Position numbers and translations under genes: made by a program. Source: Nemertoderma westbladi (taxonomy: Eukaryota; Animalia; Xenacoelomorpha). Taken from it: 64,000 bases of DNA. The stretch is from assembly GCA_032718475.1 (NCBI GenBank), contig JAUCBJ010005028.1:1-64000 (forward strand), given 5' to 3'. Each line of letters opens with the position of its first letter. The first letter of the stretch is position 1. The notes below the pieces were generated by a model. The model saw nothing but the letters and a program-made list of their open reading frames with translations. It did not search any database and was not told where the DNA came from. Below are positions 1-11,860 of the stretch, in pieces.

Positions 1-85
1 CGTATGCGGGTGTGCACAAAACAAAGGTCGAAGACCATTTAAAAGTAAGACTAAGACCCCCTCCCCCCCCCCCATGTACAAAAGT

Positions 86-414
86 AACGTCTCGATTATA
101 AATCTCGACGCCACTTCCTACGTTCGCTCCAACAGCTCCGCTGAGACCCAGGGAGCGGGTCAAACGCATCCACTACCAGGAGGCCTGCGAAACACGCAGG
201 ATGCACTTCACACCGCTCTGTGTTCCACTGATGGAGTTTGGGGTGCGGAGGCGGCGGTCTTCATCCGGCACCTTGCTGAGACCCTGCAGTCTAAGCAGAT
301 CGGGATGAGGCAGCGTGGGTTGGGGGTGGTGTTGGGTGCGGTGAGGCGACGGCTGCAGTTCGGTCTCCTTCGGGCAACCTCTCTGTGCCTGCGGGGTGGG
401 AGGGTCTCGGGTTT
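86..414 (+). mobile_element. CRE-like (restriction-like endonuclease) non-LTR retrotransposon C-terminal remnant, frameshifted
   Basis: Stitched frames read VSIINLDATSY / ERVKRIHYQEACETRRMHFTPL / CSTDGVWGAEAAVFIRHLAE...VRRRLQFGLLRATSLCLRG, matching the typical CRE-clade C-terminus (K..Y..AC...FTPL..STDG..G.EA...RL.F.LLR...CLRG). Confidence 0.7.
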
Positions 415-879
415 GGGGAAGGGGCCGGATCCGGGGGATAGACCAGGACATGTACTGTGGGGGGGGGGGGGGGGGGGGGGTCTAGAATTACCGATCATAA
501 TCGTAGAATCCACTCAATCAAAATTCTGTCGACACCCCATATGGAGCATATATTGGTCCATCATTGTTTAGAATTGTAGGAGAAGATACATTTCTTGCAA
601 TCAGTGTTTTTTTAACATACAAAATATACTACTAATAAAATAACACACTGGCTAGTCAAACCCAGAATATCGTTGCCAAGACAATATCATATTGGCGCTT
701 CAGTGTGGAGGTAAGTAAAGTAGCAATGTAGTAATTGAGAGAGCTGTCGGGCAGTCTGCTCCACATTGACAACTATTAATTGGGTTCCCATTCGTTATTA
801 TTATTATTACTTATTAGGCTGCCCTGCTTTGCTTAGGCGCGTAATTTATTACAACAATATTGATAGCAATGGATCCGTC

Positions 880-1370
880 CATATTTCCAGCTCTAGCTGG
901 CAAGCTTGTCTCCATATCTGTTTGTCATCTACACTACCAACATTATCAATAAGCTACAGGAAAATGGGCTTGGATGCAATAGGAATAGGATATGGACAGT
1001 ATCATGACCTACTATAATACGACCTGGTATGCTGCAGCAGCCCACTAAATTTAGTGGGCTGCTGCAGCATACCAGGTCGTATTATAGTAGGTCATGACAG
1101 TATACTCTGTTATGCCGATGACCTATTAACTTCTGGCTCCTGAAAGGTATACTTTAGAAACAATAATTGCTATTGTAATTTCTGAACTGCAGAAAATTAA
1201 ACTGGAGATCTCACAAGTAAAACAGAATGGTCTTATCATCTCCCATCATCCCACAATCATAATCTCCTGCCCACTTTTATTGAGGTGAATGGTGTATTAA
1301 TAACCCTCTAAACCATTTCTGAAGTTTTTAGGTGTAAAGATTAATAATAAATACGATTGGGGAATGCTGT
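880..1370 (+). mobile_element. Degraded non-LTR retrotransposon reverse transcriptase fragment (CR1/L2-like)
   Basis: Reads SPYLFVIYT..GLGC, then, after removing the 1002-1097 insertion, SILCYADDLL (YADD at about 1110-1121), followed by LQKIKLEIS..K. Contains frameshifts. Confidence 0.65.
1002..1097. mobile_element. 96-bp perfect palindromic MITE with 5-bp TSD CAGTA
   Basis: TCATGACCTACTATAATACG...CACTAAAT|TTAGTG...CGTATTATAGTAGGTCATGA. CAGTA lies at 997-1001 and 1098-1102. A diverged related arm lies at about 11537-11597. Confidence 0.85.
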
Positions 1371-2504
1371 CGTTATATTAGGCGAGACCTTTCTACGGAA
1401 GGGATGGACCAGGGATTAATGGATTAAAGGGATTAATGATAGCATTAATTAAAACTTGGAACCAACTTGAAACAATTACAAAGCAACTTACAGAATATAA
1501 ACATTATAAGAAAATCATTCAAATAAAATTTTTAACCCACTACAATCGATATGATGAAATTAATTAAATCAACATGATCTGGAGTGGCTCATGCGAGAAC
1601 TGTTGATTCTGTGTCCCTGTCCGAGTCGTACAGTAGTTATTTCCCGGTCTACTGTAGTATTGTGTACTGTAGTTCGGCGGGCCTGACCCTGCTGTGGAAC
1701 TTTGACACGTATTTCCTATATTATCAGCTGAAGTACTTCAATGTGCGGTGCTGCCTCATGTATTTCACCTATATATGAGTACCGGAAATATACGAAGTTT
1801 TATATATTATATTATATACCATTCGCAACCTACCTATCGATATCTTGTCCAACTCACTTGTTCCCTACTCGATACCAGACCAATCTCTACGGATTTATTA
1901 ATGTCATGCCTTACTACCTTAGCTCACTGCAACGTGCTGCAGCCTGACCGAATAACACGTTTAATGAACTTCTATGTTTGGCTATGATGAGACAATGCAG
2001 TTCCGACAGATATAATGGGCTTATGGGTATTTAATTGATAGCACCGCTAAAGCAAGCTATGCTTTGTCCATGGAAAGGTCCATCCCATGCTATGCTATGC
2101 CGATTTCAGTTTTAATGTTTGGCGAAATATTGTCAGTCTGTTTATTCCGAAACACATTTTATTGTGAAAATAATGTCCATTTAATTTTTTATGGAAACAC
2201 GCCATGTAGTAAAATCACCATGTCCCAAAACTAAACATGTTGAGAAGTCAAAACTTACAGAATCGGGTTAGCCATTCAATTCTGCACAAAAATCGACTAA
2301 CGTACGTTTTTTTTTTTTTTACATATAAAAGGTACTACCCCCCCCCCCCCCCCCCCCCCCCCCCTCTCCCCCTTACAATGAGACGAGATAGACATCAAAT
2401 TATCCGAGATGAGATTTACATTTAGTTTCTTAATCATTAAAAAAAACATAATAATTAATAATTATTGCACTAAAATTCGTCATATAGACGAGTCGTAAAT
2501 AATT

Positions 2505-3232
2505 TTAAGATTCTATTTGGATTTTATTTATGTTTTTCGTAATCTGAGTTAATAATCCATCGATATATTCTTTGCTATTCTCATCCGGCCTGTAACCCTG
2601 AGCAACAGCGAGACTATAGGTAGGCCCGTAGTCGCATAGCAACGGATGTTCCGGTATATCTTCGGCCATCGGGCGCTGGAGGGCGCACCCGGTGAGCGCG
2701 GCCCAGCACCGAGCGGTGTTGGTCACGTGATACCCGCCGCCCCCTAGCAGGAGCGTGGGAATCCCGGAATCCATCAACAGCCGCACGCAAGAGGATAAAC
2801 CCTGGGGAGTTAGATTGAACGCGAGATGGGGGTCCTCGGACAGACAGTCGGCACCGCACTGACAGACAACCGCCGAAGGTCTGAACCTATCTAACAGACG
2901 TTCTACAACAAGGCGGAACAATGGAACGAATTGTTGGTCACGGATTCCGCTTATAAGAGGAACGTTCACTGCATAGAAGGTTCCCTTCCCCTCCCCTCGG
3001 TCGCTCACTGCACCGGTTCCCGGGTAGAATCCAACCTCGTATTTATGGAAGGACAGCGTGACCACCTTGTCGGTATACCAGAAAGCGTTCTCTACCGCGT
3101 CCCCGTGGTGCAGGTCTAGGTCTACGTATAGGACCCTGGAGAAAGTTTCTCGGAGAGTTAGTATGGAGAGAACTACATCGTTAATGTAACAGAAACCGCT
3201 AGCGTGGTCGCTAAACGCGTGGTGCCATCCAC
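2505..3232 (-). CDS. HDAC8: Histone deacetylase 8, coding exon 2 (last)
   Basis: Acceptor ttgtttag|GT (phase 1). Encodes GWHHA..ASGFCYIND, VLYVDLDLHHGDAVE, VNVPL, QCGAD and LLLGGGGY (catalytic His pair, Zn ligands and Tyr intact). Stop at 2505-2507. Confidence 0.93.
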
Positions 3233-3697
3233 CTAAACAATAGTAAAAGAAGGTAAGAAGAGCCGGATAGGAGGGAACCAAGTCAGCAGAGCAGAGTCAA
3301 GGAATGCTCATATACAATTTATCATTTTCAGAGTTTAAACATATCACAACAGCTCAGGTGTACCGGTGGCGGTAATGGAACTCTGGAATTATTCGAGGCC
3401 CGCCTCGCGCCTCAAACCAGCCGCCTTTTCTTGGTTTAGTTACAAATTCCTAAAATGGGGCATATAATTTCCGCAAAAAAGTTGCTCGCGTGAGGGGACC
3501 AGCCCGGCCCTGGATGGATGGGCCCTGGCCTACAATATGATGCTGTATCAAACGTTGCATCGTGCGAGGCGTTTTAATTAAACGTGCTAACTAATGTGCA
3601 TAATAAAATGTTTTTTTTTGGCTGCGAATTTTGGATTTCGCAGAGAAAAATTACAAACATGTGCCTTAATCTGGTAATGGGGAATAATACCGCCTAC

Positions 3698-4091
3698 CTC
3701 CCCAATTAATAGCCACATTGCAGGATCCCTTCGCTAGTAGCTTCGCTCCCGTAATACTCGCTCCAGCGACCAAGCGGCAGTATTCATAGAGGCCTTGACT
3801 AACGGGACAGTCGTAATCTAACCCAAAGTTATCGTCTTCGACCTGCTCCGGTGTGCTACCGGTATCGCTGGCAGTCCTGAGGAACTCGATGTAATCTACC
3901 GAATGATACCGCGTTAGATCCTCAACTGTACACGGATGAGGAGAGATCACAATCAAAGAGTTCGTTAAGTCGTAGGCGTCACATAGTTCATATGTATGCC
4001 GCAAACGGTCTTTTGTCACAGTAAAGTTATCGCAAATACTAATATACTCCTGAGAGTGCAGTGATATAACCCTCCTATTAGGTTGTGTCAT
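3698..4091 (-). CDS. HDAC8: Histone deacetylase 8, coding exon 1
   Basis: ATG at 4091. HDAC8-type motifs YHSVDYI and FGLDYDCP..GLYEY...AGAS. Donor G|gtaggc joins exon 2 to give INWGGGWHHA. Spliced CDS is 1122 nt = 373 aa + stop. Confidence 0.92.
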
Positions 4092-5138
4092 CCAGTAATA
4101 TGGTGCTTTCCTGCTTTATAGGCGTTAATATGAATAATTCATTAACAATACAGGCATAAACAATAGGGCTATATCAACAAAACACTATAAACTAGCCTAT
4201 TCAATTAATCAAAACGCAATAAACAAATAAAGTGTACAAGTACAATATAATAATAATACTATTTGGCTATTCTTAATTCTTACATTTTCCTCATATATTT
4301 CAATTAGTTGTAGCGTAGCGTACCGGTACTGTGTTTATGTTGTGTACGATAGTTGAAATAATACAGTAATAGAATCTCCTGTGTTAGCCACCACTGACCC
4401 TCACGCATAATGCTTAGGCTTACAGGCTTAACTACTTAAAAATATTTAGTTACCTATCTTAATTATTGTTATTACATTCATTGTGGTGTGTGTGTGTGAA
4501 AAATTGAGACAGGGGGGTGTGGGGGGGAACTGGACGCAAATCCCGTCTTGGCGAATTAATATCCCGCCTGAATGTTAAATTCTCAATTTAGGGAAAAGAG
4601 CAGGCTACTGTGGCACGTTATTCTAAACAAAACAATAAACTGAAGTCAATATAGAACAAGTTACAGTTTTATTTTTGGGAGTAATCAGCTGTTATTTGCG
4701 TCGATTTTCCCCTGGAGATGGAGTACAATGACATTGACATATAGACATAAACATAAAAATAACGAAACACAACAAACAAGATTACCATTTTCATTGATAC
4801 CGTTTAGGATAGTTGGAATTTAGCTGATCCGGCATACAGGCATATGTTGATAGGGTGAGATAACGGTACCGGTACGTACGTACTACAGTACAGCAGTACC
4901 GTACCGGGTACTAAAAATCGTAAACACCTCGCTGCCTGCAGCCTGGAAACAGCTTGAAACACCTATTTTTAATGCCAGAAACATCTAGAAACACCTAGAT
5001 TTATAAAATATTGATGCAGAAAACAATGGTTCGGTATATATGTCTGTTTGTTGGGCGAAAATTCGAAATGGAACATCATAATTATTCAAATATGTCCGTT
5101 GCTATGTTAACCCGAGCGGGATTTTTAAATTGCAAAAA

Positions 5139-5223
5139 TGATATAATTCAGCCCAGCAGCAAGCACAGTTTGTTGTACCTGCTGTACAACAAACTGTGCT
5201 TGCTGCTGGGCTGAATTATATCA
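5139..5223. repeat. Perfect inverted repeat (40-bp arms, 5-nt loop), probable foldback MITE
   Basis: TGATATAATTCAGCCCAGCAGCAAGCACAGTTTGTTGTAC-ctgct-GTACAACAAACTGTGCTTGCTGCTGGGCTGAATTATATCA. Confidence 0.85.
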
Positions 5224-6108
5224 ATTGAAATACACGGATTGTAATGGTACTAGACTTAGACTACTGTATGAACGATTCCGACTAAACTCTGAAACTGCAA
5301 GCTTCACGATAAAACTTTAACTTTAATGTGAGAATTTTCTGTTAATATAAGTATAAGATTTTTCCGCGTAGGTGTAGGCTACGCGGGAACCTATGTCTAG
5401 GTTACGCGTAGGCGATGGAATGCAGTTTATCGTAAATATATTTTTCTTTCATGTGAACTGACATTCTAGACTCGTGATTGGTCCAATTATGTACACCACA
5501 ACAGGGGGAATGTTATATTATTGCATGGTGTGTATTTTCCTATTTTCTTTTTGTAAACTATAATAGTGGTATTAGGCCTATTTTGTACATTGTGCAATAC
5601 ATACAGCAATTAGCAATACAAAGTCATAGGGATACACAGATAGGTACCACATTTCGATAAATATACTTAAGGAAAAGTGCGATGATTCTTGGCTGCCCCT
5701 GCCATGGGAACCGTTTGTTGTAGAAATACAGAGCTATCCAATACTCTGGGACCAATCTTTAAAAAAACTTTAAAAACTGCCGCGCTAAGGATCAAGTTTG
5801 GGCACAACAAGCTCAAAAACTTAAAGATAAACTTGGTTGGTCATGGAGCTGGGAAGTTTTAAAGGCTAAATTGAGCAAGGGGGGTGGAATTAGGGATCGC
5901 TGCATGAAAGAGAAGGCGAAGGGAAAAAGAACTGTGAAATCAGGGACAAGTACCAAGGAAGTTTAGCGATTGGTGTTAGATGGGGCCTTGTTCTTTTCTG
6001 GGCGAAAAATTTGATCATAGGAAGACATCAGCATATATGTCCAAACACAGTGACGATCCTCACAGTTTAATTATTTATGTATTATTATAGTATTATTCAT
6101 AATTATTT

Positions 6109-6216
6109 ATTACATTGAAAAAAAAGTAGAACTCTTATTCATTATTCTCGAGACATTTTAATAAAGGGTCGAGAGAATATTGGAAAAAATGTTCTACGAT
6201 TTTTTCCCATGTAATA
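6109..6216. repeat. Imperfect palindrome, old MITE-like element
   Basis: TATTACATTGAAAAAAAAGTAGAAC pairs imperfectly with GTTCTACGATTTTTTCCCATGTAATA. Confidence 0.45.
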
Positions 6217-7131
6217 CGTGATTTTATTCTTAAATTGGTACTTTTTGTTGCTCAATTCTTTAATTATTGATAGCGATATAGTGTTACAAAATGAATTCAA
6301 CTGTAGTACTGTATTACACGATATTGTTTCTGCAAAGTTACTGCGATTCCAATTTCTGTATTCTTAAACTCCTGATGCTGCCTAACTCAGTGTTAAATAA
6401 TTTAATAGTCTAATAAACGCCTTACAGACACTAAAGTTACAATAACTTTTGGGTGTGTAAATGAGTTTGGCTCAAAAATTACGTGCAAAACTTTTCTACT
6501 TCGAATGTAATAAAATTTAAGAAATTCCACCTCAAATATTTTTGTGACGGGATCCTGGTTGGCAAAGGATCCCGACCGGATAGATCGATGTCGCCGCGTT
6601 GATAATACTAAAAGGAATGAAGGCTGAAGGCCAGGTGAAATAAAGAGTCTGATGTTATTACTTGATGTTACTAACTTGCAATATTTACCGCAAACTGTTA
6701 ATTCAATAAGAATGACCTATTCTGCATTATAAAGTGTTTGATTAATCCGACTCTATCCATTCAGTTTCTTAAGAAACTGATAACAATCGTGGCCACAGTA
6801 TTGTATAATTCAGTTTGACCTTTCTTTCTTGAGGTTGTTGACTACAAACACACCGCGGCGAATAGTTAAGATACCGTAACTGAGAAATTACAGCTCCACC
6901 CAGATTCGCAACTTTACAGTACAATATAATTTCTCGGTTTACATACATTTTTAATCACATTTTTAAATAAACTGCATTACCATTGTAATCCGATACAACA
7001 TTACATTCTGTAGGTGAACAATATTGCATTTGGCATTGTTTTTTGAGTCATTGAGGCTACTACAGAAGGTCTACAGTTTGTTTTACAGTATAACTGCCAG
7101 CTGTTGCAATAGAGGCCAAAGTAGTAGTATC

Positions 7132-7379
7132 TTGCACGGCTCTGCGACGCTTAGACCCCCTTGACACCCAGGGTCTCATATGACACCCTATGTGTGTCAC
7201 TGGCGCCGCCAGACTGTCTGGGTGACACCTGCTAGTTAGGGTAATTAGACCCTAATTGACATGTGTCATCAATTAATTAGTACATTTAAACCCTAATGAC
7301 TCTGCATTGGGGTTTAATTGATTACACTAATTGACGTTATGGTACCCGTAGGGTGTCTAGGCGTCGCAGAGCCGTGCAA
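7132..7379. mobile_element. MITE with about 25-bp TIRs
   Basis: TTGCACGGCTCTGCGACGCTTAGAC ... GTCTAGGCGTCGCAGAGCCGTGCAA. A related end occurs at about 12968-12990. No clear TSD. Confidence 0.65.
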
Positions 7380-8090
7380 ACAAGGTGTCATTAATTGACA
7401 CCTCTTTCCTAATTACTCTTATTATCGGCCCTACTTTAATTAATTATTTTAACTATGGCATTGGTTGTATCCCTTATCATATATGTGACTATTAAAATAT
7501 TTCTTTGTATTGTTTTTATTCAATCAATTGTACTGTTTTCGAAAACTACTTTTAGATTTGTGGGTTTAACTCAGTTACCAATAACTCGGTTCATATACAT
7601 CGATAGGTTACTGACTGTTTGACTTGTACTGACTTAAGTACTTTGGTAATCATTTATTTATTTTTCGTACGTGTTAAAACGGAACAATGGATGGATGGAT
7701 AGAAAAACAATTTGTTTTGCTATATTTCGGACATCTCACGGTAGAACGTCGTCAGGCTTTAATTTAATCACACAAAAGAACAACAGATTTCTTACGGTAG
7801 ACGACGGTCTATCGTAAGGTGTCCGAAATATAGCAAAACAAATTATTTTTCTATTTTTCTCCCCATCCATTGTTCCGTTTTAACACGTACGAAATTAAAT
7901 CAACTATGGATGTCAGACCACTTAAATCATTATATATGTTTTATTATTTTGTCAAGCTATATCTTGCTAATCTATATTAATTTTCTTTGTAATAACTGAG
8001 GTTTTCGAGGCCGCTGATTCCAATGGTGCTAATCTCGAGACATTATAACCTAAAATAAATCCGTCCGCGAGGTCCGCGAGGCTCGCCTAA
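7350..8090 (+). repeat. Interspersed repeat copy A (inverted relative to copy B at about 12170-12995)
   Basis: Segments 7380-7612 and 7927-8087 match the reverse complement of 12745-12990 and 12174-12335. Confidence 0.75.
7663..7894. mobile_element. Nested palindromic MITE
   Basis: TTTCGTACGTGTTAAAACGGAACAATGGATGG ... CCATCCATTGTTCCGTTTTAACACGTACGAAA, with long inner arms (ATAGAAAA..TTTTGCTATATTTCGGACA). Confidence 0.8.
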
Positions 8091-8304
8091 ATAACAAATC
8101 TTGTTTAGCAGCTATAATGAATTCTGAACGTTGTTTCCAACGGCGCTACTCCCGGAAGTAACAATTTGACCTCAAATCAATTTTATATAACCGCCAGTTT
8201 CACTTGCGCGTAACTCAAGAGTTGATTTTTAATTAGACAGCCCTTATTTATTTATGTAATATTATGGTATTGGAAAAAAAGTGGAAAAAATTAGGAAGCA
8301 CGTC

Positions 8305-8545
8305 AACAACGGGGGTTGAACCAGCGCTAAACAGATAACCATATGTACGTTTCGGCATCTCAGGACTCATCAGTTGTAGCGCTAACCAGTTCAGCCACTT
8401 GCCCCTGACACTTACTCTCCTATATAAACCACTCTATTGAACACGCAGTCTTAAGGTGCATATCTTATCTCTAACAGCGGACCTACCGCCCTACCGGCCT
8501 CAAGTATGCTAGAGTGAAACAGGAGAAATGTACAACAAATAATCT
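8305..8545 (-). mobile_element. tRNA-like SINE/retrozyme copy 1 with degenerate hammerhead ribozyme
   Basis: Minus strand: TATA-like TTTATATA (8428-8421), A box TGGCTGAACTGG (8397-8386), CTGATGA-GTCCTGAGATGCC-GAAAC core, B box GGTTCAACCC (8322-8313). Direct repeat of 11640-11860. Confidence 0.6.
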
Positions 8546-8596
8546 TCTCGAGTATTTCTGCCAGGTGATAATAATTAAATGAATTGGAGTTGAGCT

Positions 8597-9140
8597 GTTG
8601 ATGCAACTTTAGTAAAGTTAGGAACGCAGAGGCATGGGTAGCTCTTTCAAAAATGGATGCCATCTGGAAATCAGATCTCTCCAGGCACCTGAAGACTAAG
8701 TTCTTTCGAGCCATAGTGGAAAGTGTATTTTTATACGGGGGTGAGACCTGGACACTGACTAAATCACTTGAACAACGAATTTATTGTTGCTACACAAGAC
8801 TACTAAGGGCAGCCCTAAACATCAGCTAGAGACAACACATGACAAACGCCGAGCTTTATGGTACAATACCACCTGTATCAACCACCCTCCGTGAATGCAG
8901 ATTAAGATTCAGTGGGCACTGCTGGCGAAGTAAAGACGAGGTCATACAAAATCTACTTTTCTTGCAACCAACACATAGAAAGCGTACCCTGGACGACCGG
9001 CCATAACATATATAGATCAACTTGAAATGGATACTGAACTTGGGAAAAACGAAATTGCGACAACTATGGAGAATCGGGAAGCCTGGCAGGATCTCATTTC
9101 CACTGTCTGAGTTCGCTCGACCTACAGTAGTACTAGTAGT
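8597..9140 (+). mobile_element. RTE-clade LINE 3' fragment
   Basis: Reads AWVALSKMDAIWKSDLSRHLKTKFFRAIVESVFLYGGETWTLTK...YTRLLRAALNIS*RQHMTNAELYG...RLRFSGHCWR, and ends in a short TAG-type repeat tail. Confidence 0.85.
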
Positions 9141-10529
9141 TGGAGAATCGGGAAGCCTAAAAGGATCTCATTTCCTCTTTCTGAGTGTGTAATAGATTTT
9201 TCTTAAATTTCCCCAATTCTAGGTAGTCGGTCTCAGACTTGTCAAAATCCCTAAACATGTGAAAAATAAGTATTTAATTTAAATATAGTGATAAGTATAC
9301 TAACGGATCTGCATTCACATCAAGTAACTGGAAAAGCCCCGCCCCAATCAACCCAACAGACATGTTGTTACACGATGCACTTCTTACGGGTATCACTTTA
9401 AAGTCTGTCTCAATCCGATGCCTTTTCATCCGCTCTCAGACAGCTGCCTTTGCCGTTTCTGCAACCTATCTTGCTCTTATAGATACTGTAGGCCTACCAC
9501 TACTAACTATCTCCATTGCTTACATTGCCCACCCCTGTCTGTTCTCGCATCCATTTAACTTCAACCTTTATAACTCTCATAATAATACTATGGACATACA
9601 GTACATTTCATTATTCACATTCGTTTTATATTTGTGGTTTATTAATAAAGAAAATTTGAATATACGCCGTTATGTTTACCCCGACTATGGGGTGTATTGT
9701 ATTGTAAAGAAATATTTCCGAGATTGAGCCATTTTTTCGCCTATATTGAGTGGACTAACTTGGATACATGCAAGTACATACAACCAACAGATTTCTAGCA
9801 TTATCACATTCCAAACGGATGATCGAACTTATTCATTAAATTAGACCAGAGGCGATATATTTCCATGGAGACAACAAGGAAACATCTTACTCAAAATCGC
9901 CAATCTCAAATAAACTTAATCTGAAAACTAAATCGAATATTTTGTCATTATAAAAAAACGGACACTAACTATAAGGTAAAAGTTATAAGTAAGTCATCTG
10001 GGCAAGAACGACATTTAGTTAGCATCTTTTACTTCAGAATATTGCATACGGTTGCAGGAGTATATTGTAGTGGAAGGGGAGGGAATGTCCTGTCCCATAT
10101 GCTGGCTACATACAGATCCCCGGTAGTCATTGTAGTGTGCCAGGCAACAAACAGGAAATAATAACTGCATCTTATGCGTAGTTATAAAATATTTCTTGCT
10201 AGATATCATATTAGGTCTCAGCCCCAAAGAAATGCAATAATACAGCCCTTAGGACGTAATACAGTACTAGAGAGGGGCAGCTGTTATGTGTTGTGTTGCG
10301 CATATGGTGCAGTTCTTGTATATTCCTGGAATTAGACCGATGAGTTGTGCAATAGGCGAGTTGAAAGTATAAAGAAGTACAACGTTGATATACAGTTGAC
10401 ATAAAACTCAGACTTGCTGTCTTTCAGTATAGAGCATTATTTAATTCATTACCGTCGGGTAAGGGTACATAAAGTAGTTCTTTTTGTTATAACTTAAAAA
10501 TCATATACTTGTGCAACAATGATGGAGAA

Positions 10530-10795
10530 ACAAAATTTCATGTCCGTCTGTCTGTCTGTAATGAAAATTTCATTCGTAAATAACTTTTGAAGATTTTAAC
10601 CATTTTCAACCAAATTTTGTATGGGCAGACGAGAGGAAAAGTTCCAATATTTTTTAAATTTACGGGCAAATACCTCTCGAACTTTTTACCTCAGAGCAAA
10701 TCGAACTTGTTTCGAACTTGCTCAAGTTTGCGTGCTGCACGTTACGAACGAACGTGTTACCAGTTACGTATATTCTTAGTCTATTCTAGTTTTTA
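10530..10795 (+). mobile_element. Helitron/Helentron-like non-autonomous repeat remnant
   Basis: (GTCT)n after GTCC near the 5' end, and a 3' end TCTAGT followed by a T run; this layout is typical of HINE/DINE-like elements. A similar piece lies at about 11276-11505. Confidence 0.35.
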
Positions 10796-11639
10796 AATAT
10801 AATATAATAAATATTATAAATATTATACATAATAAGTGCATGTGATAATTGAATGTACCGACATACTGACTAACAGGGTTTTTTTATGTATATTAACTTA
10901 AAAGTAAACACAAGAGTCTTACACCCCTTAAACTACACAAAAATATAGAATCAGGACATTTAGCCCAAAATACTTTCCAGACCCTAAGGCCATCAAGGAA
11001 AACAAAACAAAACAAACAAAAAACACAAACAAAAATAACATAACATGCTCCATATACAGGTATGTATCGCAACCCTAACCCTAAAACCTAACCGCCATAC
11101 ACTAAATGATACCGTTAATAAACTGCACGAAAGCTAAGCCTATATTCTATAAGAAAATATATGACAATTTTGTCGGTGTGAAAGAGGTTAGGACTAGGGC
11201 GAAAATAATTAATTTGACTTATTTCTTATTACTTATGTATATTTGACTTATAATTAATTTCACTTATTAATAATAAGTGTATGTCCGTCTATTTGATATG
11301 CCCAATATCAATCCTATGAAGATATCAATCACGAAACTTGTTAGTGCTGTTGTATTTATAAGGAGGAAGGATCATGACCTACTATGGGTGCCAGGAACTC
11401 CTCATATCTCGAAAAATACTGGAGCTATTAAATTTTTATTTGTCTCATCTGAAAGAGGACATAATTTTAGTTAGGGACAAGTACTTTCGACGCGCTAGAC
11501 CTATTGTTTCAGGAGTTGTATCTAAGATAAACAACTGGCCCACTAAATTTTGGGGCTTTGCAGCAGCTTGGCGGATCGTATTTATAGTAGGTCATGGACG
11601 GATATGTTAACTTTTGCATTTAATAGTATTTTTGTGGAA

Positions 11640-11860
11640 ATTCCTTGGTCGAACTTCCAAGTATCAGCGCTATACGTAAGTTTCGGCATATCTTGCCTCA
11701 TCAGTAGCCCTAACCAGTTCAGCCACTTGTCCCTGACTCTTAGTCTCCCATCTAAACCACTATATTGAACAGGCAGTCTTAAGTTGCATATCCTATCTCT
11801 AACAGAGGACCTACCGGCATCAAGTATGTGAGAGTCAGGAAGGAAGTACAAATAAATAAA
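11640..11860 (-). mobile_element. tRNA-like SINE/retrozyme copy 2
   Basis: Homologous to 8305-8545. A box at 11725-11714 and B-box-like GTTCGACC at 11654-11647, flanking a hammerhead core. Confidence 0.65.
11664..11713 (-). ncRNA. Minimal type I hammerhead ribozyme
   Basis: UUAGGGCUA-CUGAUGA-GGCA-AGAUA-UGCC-GAAAC-UUAC-GUA-UAGCGCUGA. Core complete, perfect 4-bp stem II, 2-bp stem III, stem I with one mismatch. Predicted cleavage after GUA (between 11673 and 11672). Confidence 0.8.

Noticed and set aside
458-480. Long poly-G/poly-C runs (also about 2338, 38817, 41013, 43820, 48450, 49720)
   Set aside because: Common in hAT-type MITE interiors, and length is unreliable in assemblies; the poly-Pro/Gly ORFs over them are spurious.
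11070-11093. AACCCT telomere-like repeats
   Set aside because: Only 3-4 imperfect units, a common component of MITEs.
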